A stretch of DNA of 63,785 bases, filler included, from Reticulomyxa filosa (lineage: Eukaryota > Protista > Foraminifera), in NCBI GenBank assembly GCA_000512085.1. It is 12 parts of 12 records of this genome, joined end to end, with 100 filler letters (N's around TTAATTAATTAA, not from the genome) between each part and the next. Parts side by side here need not be neighbours in the genome. Positions count along the whole stretch, not along the records: positions 31,657 to 40,549 come from ASPP01011054.1; positions 40,650 to 51,696 come from ASPP01013884.1; 10 more parts are not named here. One strand, written 5' to 3'. Position 1 is the stretch's first letter. Each line of letters starts with the position of its first letter. The notes beneath the pieces are model-generated. The model ran no database searches and was not told where the DNA came from. It was given only the letters and a program-made list of their open reading frames with translations. Below, one piece after another: positions 35,696 to 49,476 of the stretch. Both the position numbers and the translations under genes were made by a program.

Positions 35696-38600
35696 CTAAT
35701 TTTGAAATCGAATGTATGCTGAGTTTGCAATACTTTGACTAGGAAAAATAGTTTTGGTTGTCATGTCCGCAATTGAATTTAAAGCATTTTTTTCAATACT
35801 ACAGTACTTGGAAGGTGACAAGGCGCGTTTTGCTTGCCTTAGCTCCGCCCGTATTCTGGACACCTCCTATGCAAATCCAAGATTAATTATAGAATGAAAA
35901 ATATTTTTTAAAAAAGAAACCTTTTGTAAGTTTTCTTTTTCTTCTTTTGACAATTTTTTTAGGTATTGTGTCGGTAAATTTGCTGTAGAATTTGTCTCAA
36001 ACGCCCTTTGGGAATTAAAGGTATTGCTTTGATTTGCCAAGGTTAGTTTTTGAGTATGAACGATGTTAGTTACCCTATTTTTTTCATTGTCTGTCTCAAC
36101 AGACTAATAATATGGCAAATGAATACAAATAAATTTGACACGCTTTCGTTAACTCAGACTTAAATTGTTCCATTTCGTCCTTTTGCTGTTTTACCAAAGT
36201 AGTAATATTTTCTTCAAAAGTCTTTTTAACTGAGGCGTGTGACTCACTGAATACTTGCATGGCCCTGTATTCAAAAAACAAATTTTCTAATGTTGGCATG
36301 CATTACAAGCTTCTTTTCCATTTGTCTTCACAATCGAAAATGCTTTACTGAAGTAAATAAAAATAACTTGAGGTGTATTGCACGAATAATTTTTTGTGCG
36401 TCGTCAATCCATTGATCGAAATACATTAGAATGTGATTATTGACAAAATGAAATTGGTGTTTATAATGAAAGAATTGTATGTAAATACCACGTATCAATA
36501 CTTTAGTTGTATCAAATTGTTTCAACTTTGAACACATTTTTTCATTTTCTTTTGTTTGACGAGTCAGATTGTCTTTGATTTGTGTAGCTTGACTTTGTTT
36601 GGTATTAAATTCTCCTTTCATTTTTTCAATTATTTCTTGCAAATTCGTTGTTTTTTCTGCGAACATTCTTTGCTCGTCAGCGCGAGTATTTTCCATACGT
36701 TGATTTGCTATTTTCAAATCAGACAGTTGTGACTCTAAACTGTTCTTCTTTGCATTCAGCTCTTTAATTTCTTTTTCATAGGCCTCAATTCTTTCGGCTC
36801 TATATGACATTTTATTACACCCAATCTTGTTTGTTTTAATTGCTACCATTTTCTTAAAAAAGCACTCACAATTGATTGGAATGAATTTGGTTTGAGGAAC
36901 ATGTTTCGTTCAACGAATACTTTAACTCCTGTGATTGTTTAAAAAGTTTTTCTAAAAAGTATTCCCAAAAATTTTAAATTTGACGAAGAACTTCTATTTC
37001 AGTTTGTTTGTGATTCAAATCTTCCATAAGTGCTGCGTTAGACGCTACAATTTCTTCCAATTGTTTTTCAAACTCTGCAGTCAAATGCTCGTATTTGTAG
37101 TTAGCTTCTTTTGCCGATTTTAGCTCTTGTGTTGTCATTTCCAACTCTGTTGACATTTCTTTTTGAGTATCTGCAAGTTTCTGTGGATTGTTTTCGTTTA
37201 TTGTATTTTATTTTTAAGCTTTTAATACAATTAATCCCATTGTTTTTAGATTAACAAAGAAAAATGAACTTCTTCTGCGGCAGTATGAATGGATGCAAGT
37301 GTTTCTTCGTATTCTTCTTTGACATCTTTCATTCGTAACTGTGAAAAAAATAATAACAATAAATAACATCCAAAAACGTCGAAAATATGAAAAGAGTTCT
37401 TGTGTTTTCCCATAAAAATACCTCAAATTCCTCTTTCAATTGGCTTATATTTTGGTCAACTAAGGATTGGTAGTATTTTTTTAAATCGATAAATTGTTTT
37501 TGAATTGCTTCACTCTTGGTTGTGTCAATGGCATTCTTGACATGATCAAAATCTAATGTTTGTTGCTATTTGGGTACAAGGCAGCATAGCGAAGTAAGTT
37601 AGTAATTTTAATTTCTTAAAGTAAGAACAAAACATGTAATGGTAAAAGTAATTTGCAATAAACGAAACATAAAGCGTATTTCGCAATTGTTCCATTTCGT
37701 TACTGTATTTCTGATTCAATTCTTGTTCTAATTTCAATTGTTCATATAGTTCATGATTTTTGTTTGTCAGATTTCCTGTCTTGCTTACTTCTTTCTCCAA
37801 CTGACTGTTTTTTAAAATTTTTTGTGTAAACGAAGCACAGACAATAAAAAAAACTCTTAACGCATGTGAATCTTCCATTGTGGTTTTGAGTTTATTTGTT
37901 AACAAGTCAATTTCTTTTGCTTGATCTTCGCATTGTTGGTGTAACTCCTTAATTTTTACATTTGTGACTTCTTCACTTTGAAGGTGTCGTAGCTGTGAAG
38001 CAAAAGAAGTAAAAGGATTAATTTCTTGAACCTTCAAATAAATAAGCAAAGATAAGCTACGATGTATAGAAACAACTCACTCCAAAACTTGATTTTGTTG
38101 TGTTTCCTTGATTTGATGGACATTTCCACTAAGTTCTTTGTAGGAGTCTTTTAGAGTTAATCTCTCTGTTTCACTAATCATTAAACTATAGTTAAGCTTT
38201 TCAATTAGCTCCTTCTTCTTCTCCAACTCCTCTTTAGTGGAATTCAATTCTTTTTCCATCATAATATTCTCTGCTTTCAAAGTTTCGTTAATTGACTTAA
38301 GTGTGTCAAAATCTCCATGCTATTTGATTATTGCATTTTTTTCAATTAATGAAATGTAGTTAAAAAAATAGAGTGTGATAAAAATACTCCCTCCATTACT
38401 TTTGCTTTTAGAGCTTCGAGTTGCTTCTTGCAGCTCTCCATTTCATATTTATATGAGCCCATTTCCTTGGTCTATTCAAGTCCAAATTTTTTTCAGTTGC
38501 ATTACATCAATGTGTACATACATTCTGACAAAACTGCTAGCATAAGGCGGGCCCTCTGTTCTTCAACAATTTTAGTTTTCTCTTGCAGTCCTCTCTCTGT

Positions 38601-39191
38601 TTGTTGCAAATGTTTCTCAAGTTCATTATGAGATGTTTGAGTGGTTTTCAATGCAGCTTCAATTTGCTAAAGTTTATTCAAACGTCTATTTGCTTTACCC
38701 TTCTTGGAAGAAAAAAATAGATATATGTCATATTAATAGACACGCTTTAAGCCTGACTACATTGTTTTAATATACCTTTTTGTCATTTTTCAAATTAATA
38801 ATAGAGGATTCCTGATTCTTATATTGTTGTATACTGTGTATCAAGAGCTGGTTTTCTTCAACAAGCTGCAAAATTGTAGACTCTTTTTCGTTTTGGAGTT
38901 TTTCCTGAATTATTTCGATTATCCTCTCAACCACAAATTTTTGTGTTTCTTCACTTTTAGACAATATTTGAATAGTTTCGTCCAAATGAGAGGTCGACAA
39001 ATATGATATTACTTCCTTTATTTAATCATAACAACAAAAAGCCATAATTCACGAGCCCTGCTCTGTCCCTTCCTGTTTGTTTAGATGAAAATAACTTTTG
39101 ATAAAAACTTCAAGCGGGCATCAATCACATGTTTAAACACTTGGCTTTGTGTGCGAGAAGATTTACGAAATTTTTCAGGCTTATGTGACAT
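35696..39191 (-). CDS. Long coiled-coil protein, many exons (start approximate)
   Basis: Chain of minus-strand E/K/Q/L-rich heptad ORF pieces from 36096 to 39000. Confidence 0.6.
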
Positions 39192-40549
39192 TTTAATATG
39201 TAGGTATACTTTTTGTTTTTATCTGTAGCTTTTTGATGAGCAATTTCTTACGCAAATAAACCAAATAAAAACTGAAATTTGATTTATTTTTAGCAGAATT
39301 GATTCAAACTACAAGGAAAGCGCTTAAAATAAATAAGGATCAAGTTTGAAATACAATATTTTTCGCATTTCTGATTACGGAGTGAAATATTAAATTCATT
39401 TCCCTCTTGAAGCTCATTCCATATTTTTTGAAAGTTCACGCCAGTGCAGTTGTCAGGGCGCTACTGTTAAAAGCTGGAGGACAAAAAAGTCTCGAGATAT
39501 TGACAGATCATGTTGCATTAAATAGAAAAGAACTCAGTATGTCCTTGCGACATTTTCCTAATTGTTTTTAAGAAATTCATTATTCATTACGTACTTCCTC
39601 AAAAAACTCTCGTACTTTTCGGTACAGTTTTCTGTGTAGGACAAGGTCTTACGGTTGGTAACAAGGTTTCTTGGAGAGTTTTCTAAAATTTCTTCACATT
39701 TCAAATGGCTTAACTTATCCTTTATTTTTAATTTTTTTTGTTTATCTCGTCTTTGCTAAAATTTGCCCACAAGAGCGGCTTATTACACTTTTGTTGCTCG
39801 TCTCAAAGTAAAAATGGTTAACGAGGCGATTGAGTATGTCAGGAAGTATTAAGCAATGTCCAACAGCATTATTTTCACCAACCTTGCGTATAATAGCTTC
39901 TTAAAGAAAGAATTGCACACAATCTGATTTCTCAAAAGCACAAGGAAAATACATCTAAAAAAAAACATTTATCTGATTCATTAATAATCGTGGCAGCAAT
40001 TCGCTGCACTATTGTGAAGGTGTTGAACAAACTCTGTACAACTTCTTTTTTCCCGTTTGTTTGTTCTTCCAAAGTTATTGTTTGGCTACAAACGTTTTTT
40101 TTTTGGGGGACATATATTGAAAAACAAATGAAGATTAATTCCCCCAAATCGGGGCAAAATCAAAAGAATGTGCATGTCAGAAGACTCAATTCCATTAGTA
40201 TCACAGTTGAAGTCTTTGATGTTGTTGTTTCGCGGGGACAAGTTTGGTGCACGGGAAACGCAACGAGCGTTTATATGTCAATGTATGGTAATATCACAGC
40301 TATATTCGATCTTTAAATATGTGTGGGAAAAAGATGCAGAGTCTGCGATGGACATCCAATTTGAGTTTTATCGTTCGACATTTATTGCAGTGCCGATTAT
40401 ATCACAATTATTGTCCGTTGCATTATGTCTACGATGTGAATTCGAGAGCGCATGGCGAATTCAACAAATATTTATAAATCAAATCAGTTTTATTTTTTTA
40501 TTTATTTTTTTGCGCTTTTTCTTTTTGCAAAAAAAAAAAAAAAAAAAAA

Positions 40550-40649
40550 NNNNNNNNNNNNNNNNNNNNNNNNNNNNNNNNNNNNNNNNNNNNTTAATTA
40601 ATTAANNNNNNNNNNNNNNNNNNNNNNNNNNNNNNNNNNNNNNNNNNNN
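40550..40649. other. Artificial contig spacer
   Basis: N44-TTAATTAATTAA-N44. Confidence 0.97.
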
Positions 40650-40742
40650 AAAAAAAAGGAAGAGGGTTTTTTGGATTCAATCCACGCCGCTCATGGTGTA
40701 ACACAATTTTCACAAAAATTAAAACAAAAAAAAAAAAAAAAG

Positions 40743-41324
40743 GAAACATTTTTACGTGCAAAGTCATGGGTAAAAGAATTGCAAGCACAGAAAAGCCAGG
40801 ATGTCATTATTGCATTGGCCGGTAATAAATGTGATCGCGAGTCGGAAAGACAAGTTTCAACAGAGGTAAAGAAAGCTTTCCGAAACAACCCCAAAAAAAA
40901 TCTTAGAAAACTAAAAAAAAATTCTTTTTTATACGTAAAAAAAAAAAAAAAAAAGAAAAACAATACACACAACTAGAATGTCAACATTTGTTTTGTTTTG
41001 CGTTTTGATAGGAAGCGAAGACTTATGCAACTGAGAACGAATTACTGTTTATGGAAACTTCTGCAAGGACAAATGTGAATGTTCGAGAATTATTTCTTGC
41101 CATTGCACGACAATTGCCAAAAGTTTTGAATAATTTTTTTTTTTTTTGAATGTTTTAAGCACAATTGGATAGCAAAATATTTTGAAATTTTTTGTTTATT
41201 TGGTTGATGTTTTCTTTTTTGTGTGATATAGGAAAATCAACAAGCAAGCTCTTTTGTGTTGGATGAGCAAGAATTTGATGACAGCGCTCAAAAGAAAAGC
41301 GGTGGATGTTGTGTTGTAATGTAA
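40743..41324 (+). CDS. RAB5: Rab5-family GTPase, 3' exons
   Basis: [22 protein letters not shown], |[32 protein letters not shown]-terminus GGCCVVM*. Confidence 0.85.
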
Positions 41325-41919
41325 AAAAAAATAAAAATGAAAAAAGAAAACAAAAACAACAACAACAAAAATAACCAACAGCTGCCTTTTTTTTCTGTTA
41401 TGTTTTGGTCTTTTTCTTTTTTCCTTCAGAATGGGATAGGGAAGGCGAAAAAGTTAAAAAAGGGGTTGACCTTTGGGGGGCAGTTTTTTTTTTACAAAAA
41501 AACCGTTAAAAAACTTTTTTGGCGATACTTGGCGCGAGTTTTTGGTTGAAAATGTTTGGCTGTTGTTTTTTTCTTTGTTTTGTTTTGTTTTTTTGTGAGT
41601 GTGACTTTTTTAAGAATTTGTGTTGGTATTGCAGAAATGTCAATGCTTTTAAAAAAAGAAAAACTTAAATTTTTGGTTCCAACAGAGCGTGCTTCATTTT
41701 AATTTGTTGTGTTCTAATTCAAACAGCAAAAAGTACAGTACACATGTCAAAAATCTATGTACAATTAGATGTTGAATAGTTGTGCACGCGTAATTTTTGT
41801 TATGCAACGCACAAAGTTAAATAAGACAGTTTCTCTTCAGTGCATAAAAAGGAGAGAAAAAGGGGGTCGCTCCTTAACTGAACCACATTTGCTATATTAA
41901 TTCCCAAGGATATTCAATC

Positions 41920-42656
41920 ATGTCTCAATCTCCAGTTAAGTATAAAGTCACGACCAAAGAAGAAACATTTTTTTGTGACATAATTGGGTCTAATGTGAAA
42001 ATTTGGACCAACTGCAACAGGAGCCCAAACAAAACAAAGAGACACCATTGCCGAAATCCTGTCTAGGTGGCTGCGGATTTTTTGGTCGAGAAGATCAAAT
42101 GGGCTACTGTTCCGTTTGCTATCAAAAATGTGTTCCACTAGAACAGCGTTCACAACATGAGCAAAGTTAATTGAAGATATCGGTCACATGTCTTCAAACT
42201 TCTCTTTTCGTTCTCTCTTTTCCCCGTTTATTATTGACAATATAAATGTATATGTATGTATTCATCCAAAAACAAAACAAAAAGAACAAAAGGCAATAGA
42301 AACACAAAAAAATGATCCAAGTGAAAATAAGGAAGAGCCAGACGATTCAAAAAAAGAACAAAAAAAAAAGAATCGATGTTGGCAATGTCAAAAGAAGATA
42401 CCATTGGCAGGGAGATTCGATTGCAAATGTGGTTAGATTTTTATTTGTTTGTTTGTCTGATTTGAAACTTTCATTTTTTTTTAATTGTTTGAAAAAAAAA
42501 AAATGGATTTTAATTTTACAAATAGGATATGTATTTTGCAGTGCACATCGTTTTCCAGATGCCCATGCGTGTGCCTTTGACTACAAAGAAGCACAAAAAA
42601 AGAAACTGGATGCACTGAATCCTGTGGTGGCACCATCCAAAGTGGACAAAATTTGA
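41920..42656 (+). CDS. A20/AN1 zinc-finger protein (ZFAND5/6, SAP-like)
   Basis: A20: CLGGCGFFG....GYCSVC. AN1: CWQCQKKI...FDCKCG|YVFCSAHRFPDAHACAFDYK...NPVV. Confidence 0.92.
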
Positions 42657-43240
42657 GCGATTCATTCCGAACCCATTTTCCAAAGCAAAAAAAGTCACTT
42701 CCAACAGAACAAAAGAAGCGAATACAATAATGCTTTTAAAAAAAAAATTTATTAGATAATAAATAATAATAATGACGACACAGTACTAATAAATAAATAA
42801 AACTACTTCAAATTTAATCTGCGAATTGTGTGATACCTCTCTATCTCCTTTTCAACAGTCCAATGGCAGAAAAACGACCAATAAAAACGGGCCGTTTGAT
42901 TGTTGTTGTTTTTCCTTTTCTTCTCAAATATATCAACTTCAAATACAATGATACAAAATCTCAACAGATTCATTTTGAAAGTCTCTGTTGTGGTTGCAGG
43001 GCATATCCTTTTTTTTTCTCCACACAAAAAAATGTTGGATACAACTTGTTATTTTTTTTTTTGTGTGTTTCGATGTTTGAGTTCTTTTTTTTTTAAAAAC
43101 TTTCTGTTGAACTTGTCAAGTTGAAATTTGTTGTTTGGATAAAAAAAAAAAGGGAGGAGTTCACTTTGGAAAAGGCGCTAAGGGTAACGTGAGATAAAAA
43201 AGAACAAAGATTCAAAAGAAGTGAATTGAATAAAACCAAC

Positions 43241-44645
43241 TTAAAAATCGTCCAATGAGACGTCGTGTTCTTCTTTTTTAAAACCAGGACATTTGCTTTT
43301 TAAATCAGCTTGATTTTGGAAATGGATTCCACACCACATCAAAAACAATGAACGTCTCTTAAATAGCTTAAGACACGGAACAACTCTTGTTCACTTTCCA
43401 AAAGGTCTTTTGGGACCAGTTCTCTCTGGTAAAAGTCTTCCAACTCTTCGGGAGTCATTTCAGTTATTCCAAATGCGTTTATTTTCTGTGTGCTTTCCAT
43501 CCCTTGTCCTCTGACCCATTTCCCTATTGTGTCCAGACCCACATTCTATAGATCATTATCACAGCGGGAAAAAAAAAAAACAAAACAATACAAGTTTTGT
43601 GATTACCTTGAGAATCCAATAAAATATTATCAATCTGTTTCGGAGGACGATTTTTTATGAGTATGTAATGCTTGTATTTTTCGAGCAAAGGGTTGGTGGA
43701 GATGTGGCAAGACTCGTCCAGTTGCAAGCAGTTGTTTCTGGCTTCGATGAGATATTTGCAATACAATTTGTACTTCAAGACAGACTTTTGCTGCAATCGA
43801 AAGTTTTCAATTGTTTGAGTCTCCAAATTTTTTTTTTCGACAGTTCGTCGAAAAACTGCTTTTCAATTCCAAGTCCAAAATTGCACGACCGCAAGTTCCG
43901 ATTGAACAACAAGTCTTTTTTTTGAGTCGTTTGAATCGGTTCAAGCAACCCCCTCCGTTCATGTGTCTGCGCTTGTGTCTGTGTCTGTGTCTGCTCTATT
44001 GCTTGTTGCGACGACGATGCTGACAACGATGTAACCAAATTATTATTATTATTTACTATTATTATTATTAGAAAGTGATGAAATAGTACTTGCAGAGGGA
44101 TCGGTGGGTGTATACGTTTTTCCTAAGGCCATTCCCTCTTTGTAACCCATTTTGGCCAAGAGTTTGAAACCGATATTGCTTGAGGAGATTTTTGTTTGTT
44201 CCCCTCGAAGCCTTTGTTTAATCATTTGTTGTTGCAGCGCTTTCTTTTGCGTTTTACCGCTGTGTCCTGAAAACGAAGTGTCGTCATATGGAAACGGGTT
44301 GTAGGTCCTCGTCGAAGGATCGTAGTCGTCACTGTCATACTCGTCTTCACATATTGTCGACGACGACGATGACGAGGGACCACCGTTGCTATTCATTGCA
44401 CTTCGCTTCCGTTTCAAATCCTTGCCTCTTTGACCTCGGCTTTTGCTGCTATTATCTTGCAGACTCGAGTTCAATTTTTGCTTGCTCATCGAACTGTCGT
44501 GCTTTTGTGCCTCAACGATAAAACTCATGCTCATATAATCATCCTCCGCGTTGCTCTCGTTTGCCACTTTTTTGTCTGATGTTTTTGGAGCGACTGAACT
44601 CCTCAAATCTTTCTCTTGAATTTGTGATTGGCTATTCGTGTTCAT
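43241..44645 (-). CDS. GPATCH11: G-patch domain protein, GPATCH11/CCDC75-like (with small frameshifts)
   Basis: EDDYMS; NIGFKLLAKMGYKEGMALGK...GLLEPI; CLQLD; YLRDVHCF/.WCGIHF...DL...CPG (DUF4187-like). Confidence 0.8.
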
Positions 44646-45454
44646 TTTTGCTCTCCAATAAAATTATATTTGCGAAATTTTCTCTATGTGATACTATGGA
44701 GTATTTCCAAAAAAAAAAAAAAAGGGTGCCAGCAAAACCAGCTACTTTTCAAATATCTTTTCTAAAAAATATTTCCTTCAAAAAAAATGCATTAAATCCT
44801 ACGTACGTATTTTTTTCTTTCTATCACTTGCAGGTCTGATGCATTGTGAAATTTTTTTGTTTGCGATTTCAAAAGTGTACTTAATATTGCCGAAAGGAAC
44901 TAATACCAAACACTAATATTTTTACTTTTGGCAGATGACTTTATGTTCTAAGTTTTTTAAAGAAATAAAAAACAAGTCCTCATCTTCTCAACAACTATAA
45001 AAGAAAAAGTAGTACTTTGTTGCTCCAACCAAATGATCTACATTTTATTGTCTTTTAGAGAAATTGAAAAGATATTACTTCAAAGACGTATAACTATTGT
45101 AAAACTTGAATAAGATAAACAGTATCTAAATTATACATTTTTGCATTTTTTTTAAAAACACAATTAATAGATGAAAACAGTAGGTGCAAATTGACTTTCC
45201 GTCGATGTCAATAATTCCAACTTATTTGCTAAACTATTAATAAAATTGCTGTTGTAATTACAATATCAATTTTATTTTGTTTTTTTTACCTTGAATATGC
45301 TGTGAACAGTTGATTGCCACTTGTTGAGAGAAATTGATATGAGATATTTTGTAAATCTTGTCAATTGTTTTTTAAACAGAAAAAATTGCAAAATAAGAAA
45401 GATTTACAGCTGTGGAAAAAAAAACAAACAAAATGACAAAATGTGTAATTTGTA

Positions 45455-46581
45455 TTAATCTGATTCTACCATTATCTCAAGATATTCTTCAACTTTTCTT
45501 TTTGCTTGACATGTTTCTATATTCCATTCTCCATAAACAATAGTATATATTTTCCACGACATATCAAAATAGTATTTGCTTAATGTAAAATTTCCAGCAA
45601 TCTCGAATATACGCCCCAAATTCCAGTATGAATCAGCGATAACTCGATTGACACGTCCAAAATTTTGAATTCTTATTTCCAACCCTTTTTCATACCACAT
45701 GATTGATTTGTGATAATGTCCTTGTTTACGATAAATGATACCTAAATTATTTTGTAAATCTCCAACATAAGGATGATATGGACCAAAAGTGCTACTACAA
45801 ATTTGTAAAGCATTTTGTAGATATAAAACAGCTTCATCGAAATGCCCTTCATCAGAATATTTTTCTCCTTTATCATTTAGATTTTGAAGTTGTAATGGAA
45901 TATCATGATGCAATTTTGTGTCCCATTCAATTGGTAGAATAATTTGTTTCAATTGCTGATTGATAATTGTATCTTTTGTAATAAATAACTGCGTTGTGAT
46001 ATTTATATCTTTTTTGCATTCGATTTCACAATTAATTACATACATATTTCCATCAATAGTTATGTTATTCAATACAATCAATTTCTTTTTGATTATATAT
46101 AGCCAATAATCTCTAAATTGTCTTTTTTCAACATTTTTATTATTTATCAAAGCAATCAATGAATTTTCATTGTTGACATTGTAATCGTGCTTGATATGCT
46201 TTGTTTTATAAATATTCTTGGCAATTATTATTATCCCTTGCTCATTTTTCTTCACCATTTCTTCTATCATTTTTGCTGCTTCTACATGTGCTTTTTTCCA
46301 ATTTATATTCCAATGTTTTTTGAAATCCAATGTTTCTGATATTCTCTCTTTGGATTTATTATCATTTGTTGAATCTTTTTGTACTGTTTCTTCTTTTGTC
46401 ACAATTTCTGTTCATTTTTGTGATTGTTCATTTGTTCAAAAACAAAAGAAACTTTTTTATCAAAGTGAAATGTAGAACCAGTTTCAATGTTAATACACAC
46501 AGTTTTCACCATTGGCAGATTCTTTTGTTGATTGTCCCAACGCAATTGTAGTCCTTGTTGAGGCGTCAGGTAAATAACCAT
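45455..46581 (-). CDS. TPR-family paralogue with the same N-terminal domain and fewer TPRs
   Basis: MVIYLT..., LDFKKHWNINW...EAAKMIEEM...EQGIIII, IDGNMYVINC, PIEWDTKLHHDIPLQL, then TPRs. Confidence 0.8.
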
Positions 46582-47063
46582 TCACTGGCAACATTAGGGA
46601 TCTCATTTTTTTGAAATTTCAAAACAAAGTTCTTCTTACAAAAAAAACTTGTTGGAACAGAGTTCGACAACATGCAACCATGCAAATATGAAATTACATT
46701 GACAGTTACACATCTAAACGTTGGACAAACTTGAGCGCTTGTGACAGATACAAAGCCAAGTGAAGTAGAAAATTACTACGCAACATTGTTAACGAAGAAC
46801 AAATTGCATATGAAGGTAAAATTGCTCCGTTGATATTTGTTTAAAAAAGGATTGAAATAACGAAATAGATATGCGTGAGTATTCGAAACACAGGGACTCC
46901 TTAAAGTTCACTTTTTTTGAAAAAAAAGAGTTTTTTGTAATTGAAGGATTAAAAATCTTTTGAAATGAAGGCCATCTTACAATCAGTAAGTCTTCATTTC
47001 GCTGCCTTTTTGTCATTTCAAAGGCGAGTGTAGTTCATTGTTGTATGTTTAACAAATAAACAG

Positions 47064-47765
47064 TCAGAAAAACAAGCGACAGTAACTATTCAAAATTGGC
47101 TTCGAATTTTGAATATTAAATTAGGATGGATCAAAGATTTTGATACATTGTTGCTAAATACGTTAAATTTTACAAATATATTTTATAACTTTAATGTAGA
47201 GTTACTGTTATTAACAATCATCTATTTATTCACAGGCTAATTATTTTATGATTGCTAAAAACTTTGAAAGGGCATAACAATGTAATACAAAGTGAAAAAT
47301 TGTAACAAGATGGTTGTAAAATTGTTTCGACATCATGTGATAGAATAGTTCGTATATGGGATGTTGCATCAGGAAATCAAATTCAAGTTTTGGATGGATA
47401 TTCTGGTTTTTGGCTATTTTGTAGAATTTTCATCAGATGGACATAAAGTTATATCATGCTCATAGGATGAAACAATTCGAATATGGAATATGACATCAGG
47501 AAAAGAAGAAATGAAGTTGGGAGGAAATTTAGGTACAGTATGGAATGTGAATTTTTCTCCTGGTGGTAAAAGTATTGTGTCAAGTTCATATGGTAAAATG
47601 ATAAGATTATGGGATGTATAATCTGGAAAAGAGATTAAAAAATTAGATGGTCATGTAGATGGTATACAATTTTCACCTGATGGTCAAATGATTGTGTCAT
47701 CATGATATGATACAACAATTGCATTATGGAGTGTAAAGACAGGTGAAAGTTTGAAAGAATTAAAC
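47064..47765 (+). pseudogene. WD40-repeat pseudogene with N-terminal 'IQNWLRILNIKLGWIKDFD' motif
   Basis: VRIWDVASG, FSSDG..VISCS*DETIRIWN, FSPDGQMIVSS*YDTTIALW; stops and frameshifts. Confidence 0.85.
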
Positions 47766-47799
47766 AAGTTTTTTTTTACATCTTTAAAAAGAGAAATGT

Positions 47800-47990
47800 C
47801 TCATTTGACTACAAGTAATGTAATTATTTGTTATCATTTCATCACCAATTCAATGGAATACCAAATTTCATGATATTCCAGTACAACGTGACGAAATAAG
47901 TGGATTTTGTGCACATGATTCAATTCCTAACGAACAAAAAGAATGCAGCTTTGCTTAAATAATTTTGAATATGACCATCCTTATATTAAA
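47800..47990 (+). pseudogene. Remnant of the TPR-family N-terminal domain
   Basis: SPIQWNTKFHDIPVQ and NNFEYDHPY match PIQWNTK.HHDIP.QL and TFG.EHPY of the intact paralogues. Confidence 0.6.
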
Positions 47991-49476
47991 AAATGGCACA
48001 CACGCATGCCACCTTTATAAATATTCTCAATGTCTCTAATAATGATGTTAATTATTTTAACGTATTCATTTGTTTTTCAGTGTTTTTTTAATTTAATTTG
48101 AAATTTTTTTGTGTGTTTTAAGTTGTTTTTTTTTACAATACATAAAACGTGATCTAATATCTTTCAAACTTTTTTTGATATCATTTGATTGGTTTGAAAT
48201 AAAAGACTGTCAAGTTGAGCGAGCTCTATCAAAAACATTATCAGCAAGAAAAGAGTGTGATATTTAACTGAAAATCCTAAAGAGGTTATATTTGGCTCTC
48301 TTTGAATATTGTGCATGATAATTGAATTGGGCTTAATCAGTGAAATGCTGATGTTAATGTTAGTTGTATATTTGTTTTTGTACAATGACCAGGATTTGTG
48401 TTTGCTAAAAAAAATAAAATTTTCAACTTAAATCCAAATTCAATGTTGGAATCAAAAATCATTCATACCAAAAGCAAGTTAAAGTTTTTTCATTAAAAAA
48501 AACGATGACCTTTGTTAAAATCACAACAAACAATCAAGCTCAATCGCTCCATCAAAATGAAACATTAAAGTCAGATTATTGTTAACATTCTAGCACCATA
48601 TTCAAAATTTCGCCTGAAACAAGCTTGAATTAAAATGTTGATGAATTTTTGTCTCGTTTGTAAGCTTCTAACTTGTTGATCTGCTCTTACTTTTATAGAA
48701 AATTGTTTGTCACTGGTAATATTATTTGTAATGATTGAACTTATTTCTCTAGTGGAAGTATAAACAAACAACGCAAGACGAAACAAAATGAAAATTAGTA
48801 TCTTTCTTTTTTTGATTTAACACTTTGTGTGTTTTGAGTAGAGTTTTATTTTTTCCACTCCAAAGAACAACGAGCACTAAACTAATAGCAAAGGTAAGCA
48901 AACAAACAAAAAAAAGAAACCCCTTGGTCCCTTGAAAGAAAAAGATGTTATTGCTTGCACTTTCCTTAGCTTTTGTATTTTGTTTGACGTTTGTCAAAGT
49001 TTGCTTATTACATTTACATCAACTTGAACAAATCTATTCTTCAAAGAAATTCAGAAGCAAAAAATGAAAGCTTTGATGACAAATCTAAGAAGATACCGAG
49101 TTGTGCTTAATTATTGTTGAAGCTCTCTTTTCTGACGAAGCTGATCATCAATACAGAAACAAGGAATCTTTAATCCAGAGATGGAGCTGGAAGAATATAT
49201 TGATGCAGCGAAAGCAAAGTAAAGAATAAGAAATAAAGAAAGTATACGTTTTGAAAATGTGAACAACAGTTGGAAAAAATGACTTAATGTCAATAATATC
49301 TGATCCAATCTCAAAAAACTGTGTATTAATTTTCAATGGATTTTTATGTTTGTTTCTGTCTGTTTTATCGAATATAATGCTTTGATACATTCAAAAAGGG
49401 TAAACAAAGCAAGAGAATTTGTGTTGAAATAAGTTGTATGTCAAATCAAAAAAAATTTTTAACATTGACATTGCAT

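Noticed and set aside
39370-40549. Coding-like pieces on both strands
   Set aside because: No recognisable motifs, several stops, and no coherent gene model
43330-43840. Programmed frameshifting in the GPATCH11-like gene
   Set aside because: The indels lie in or next to A/T homopolymers, typical of sequencing error
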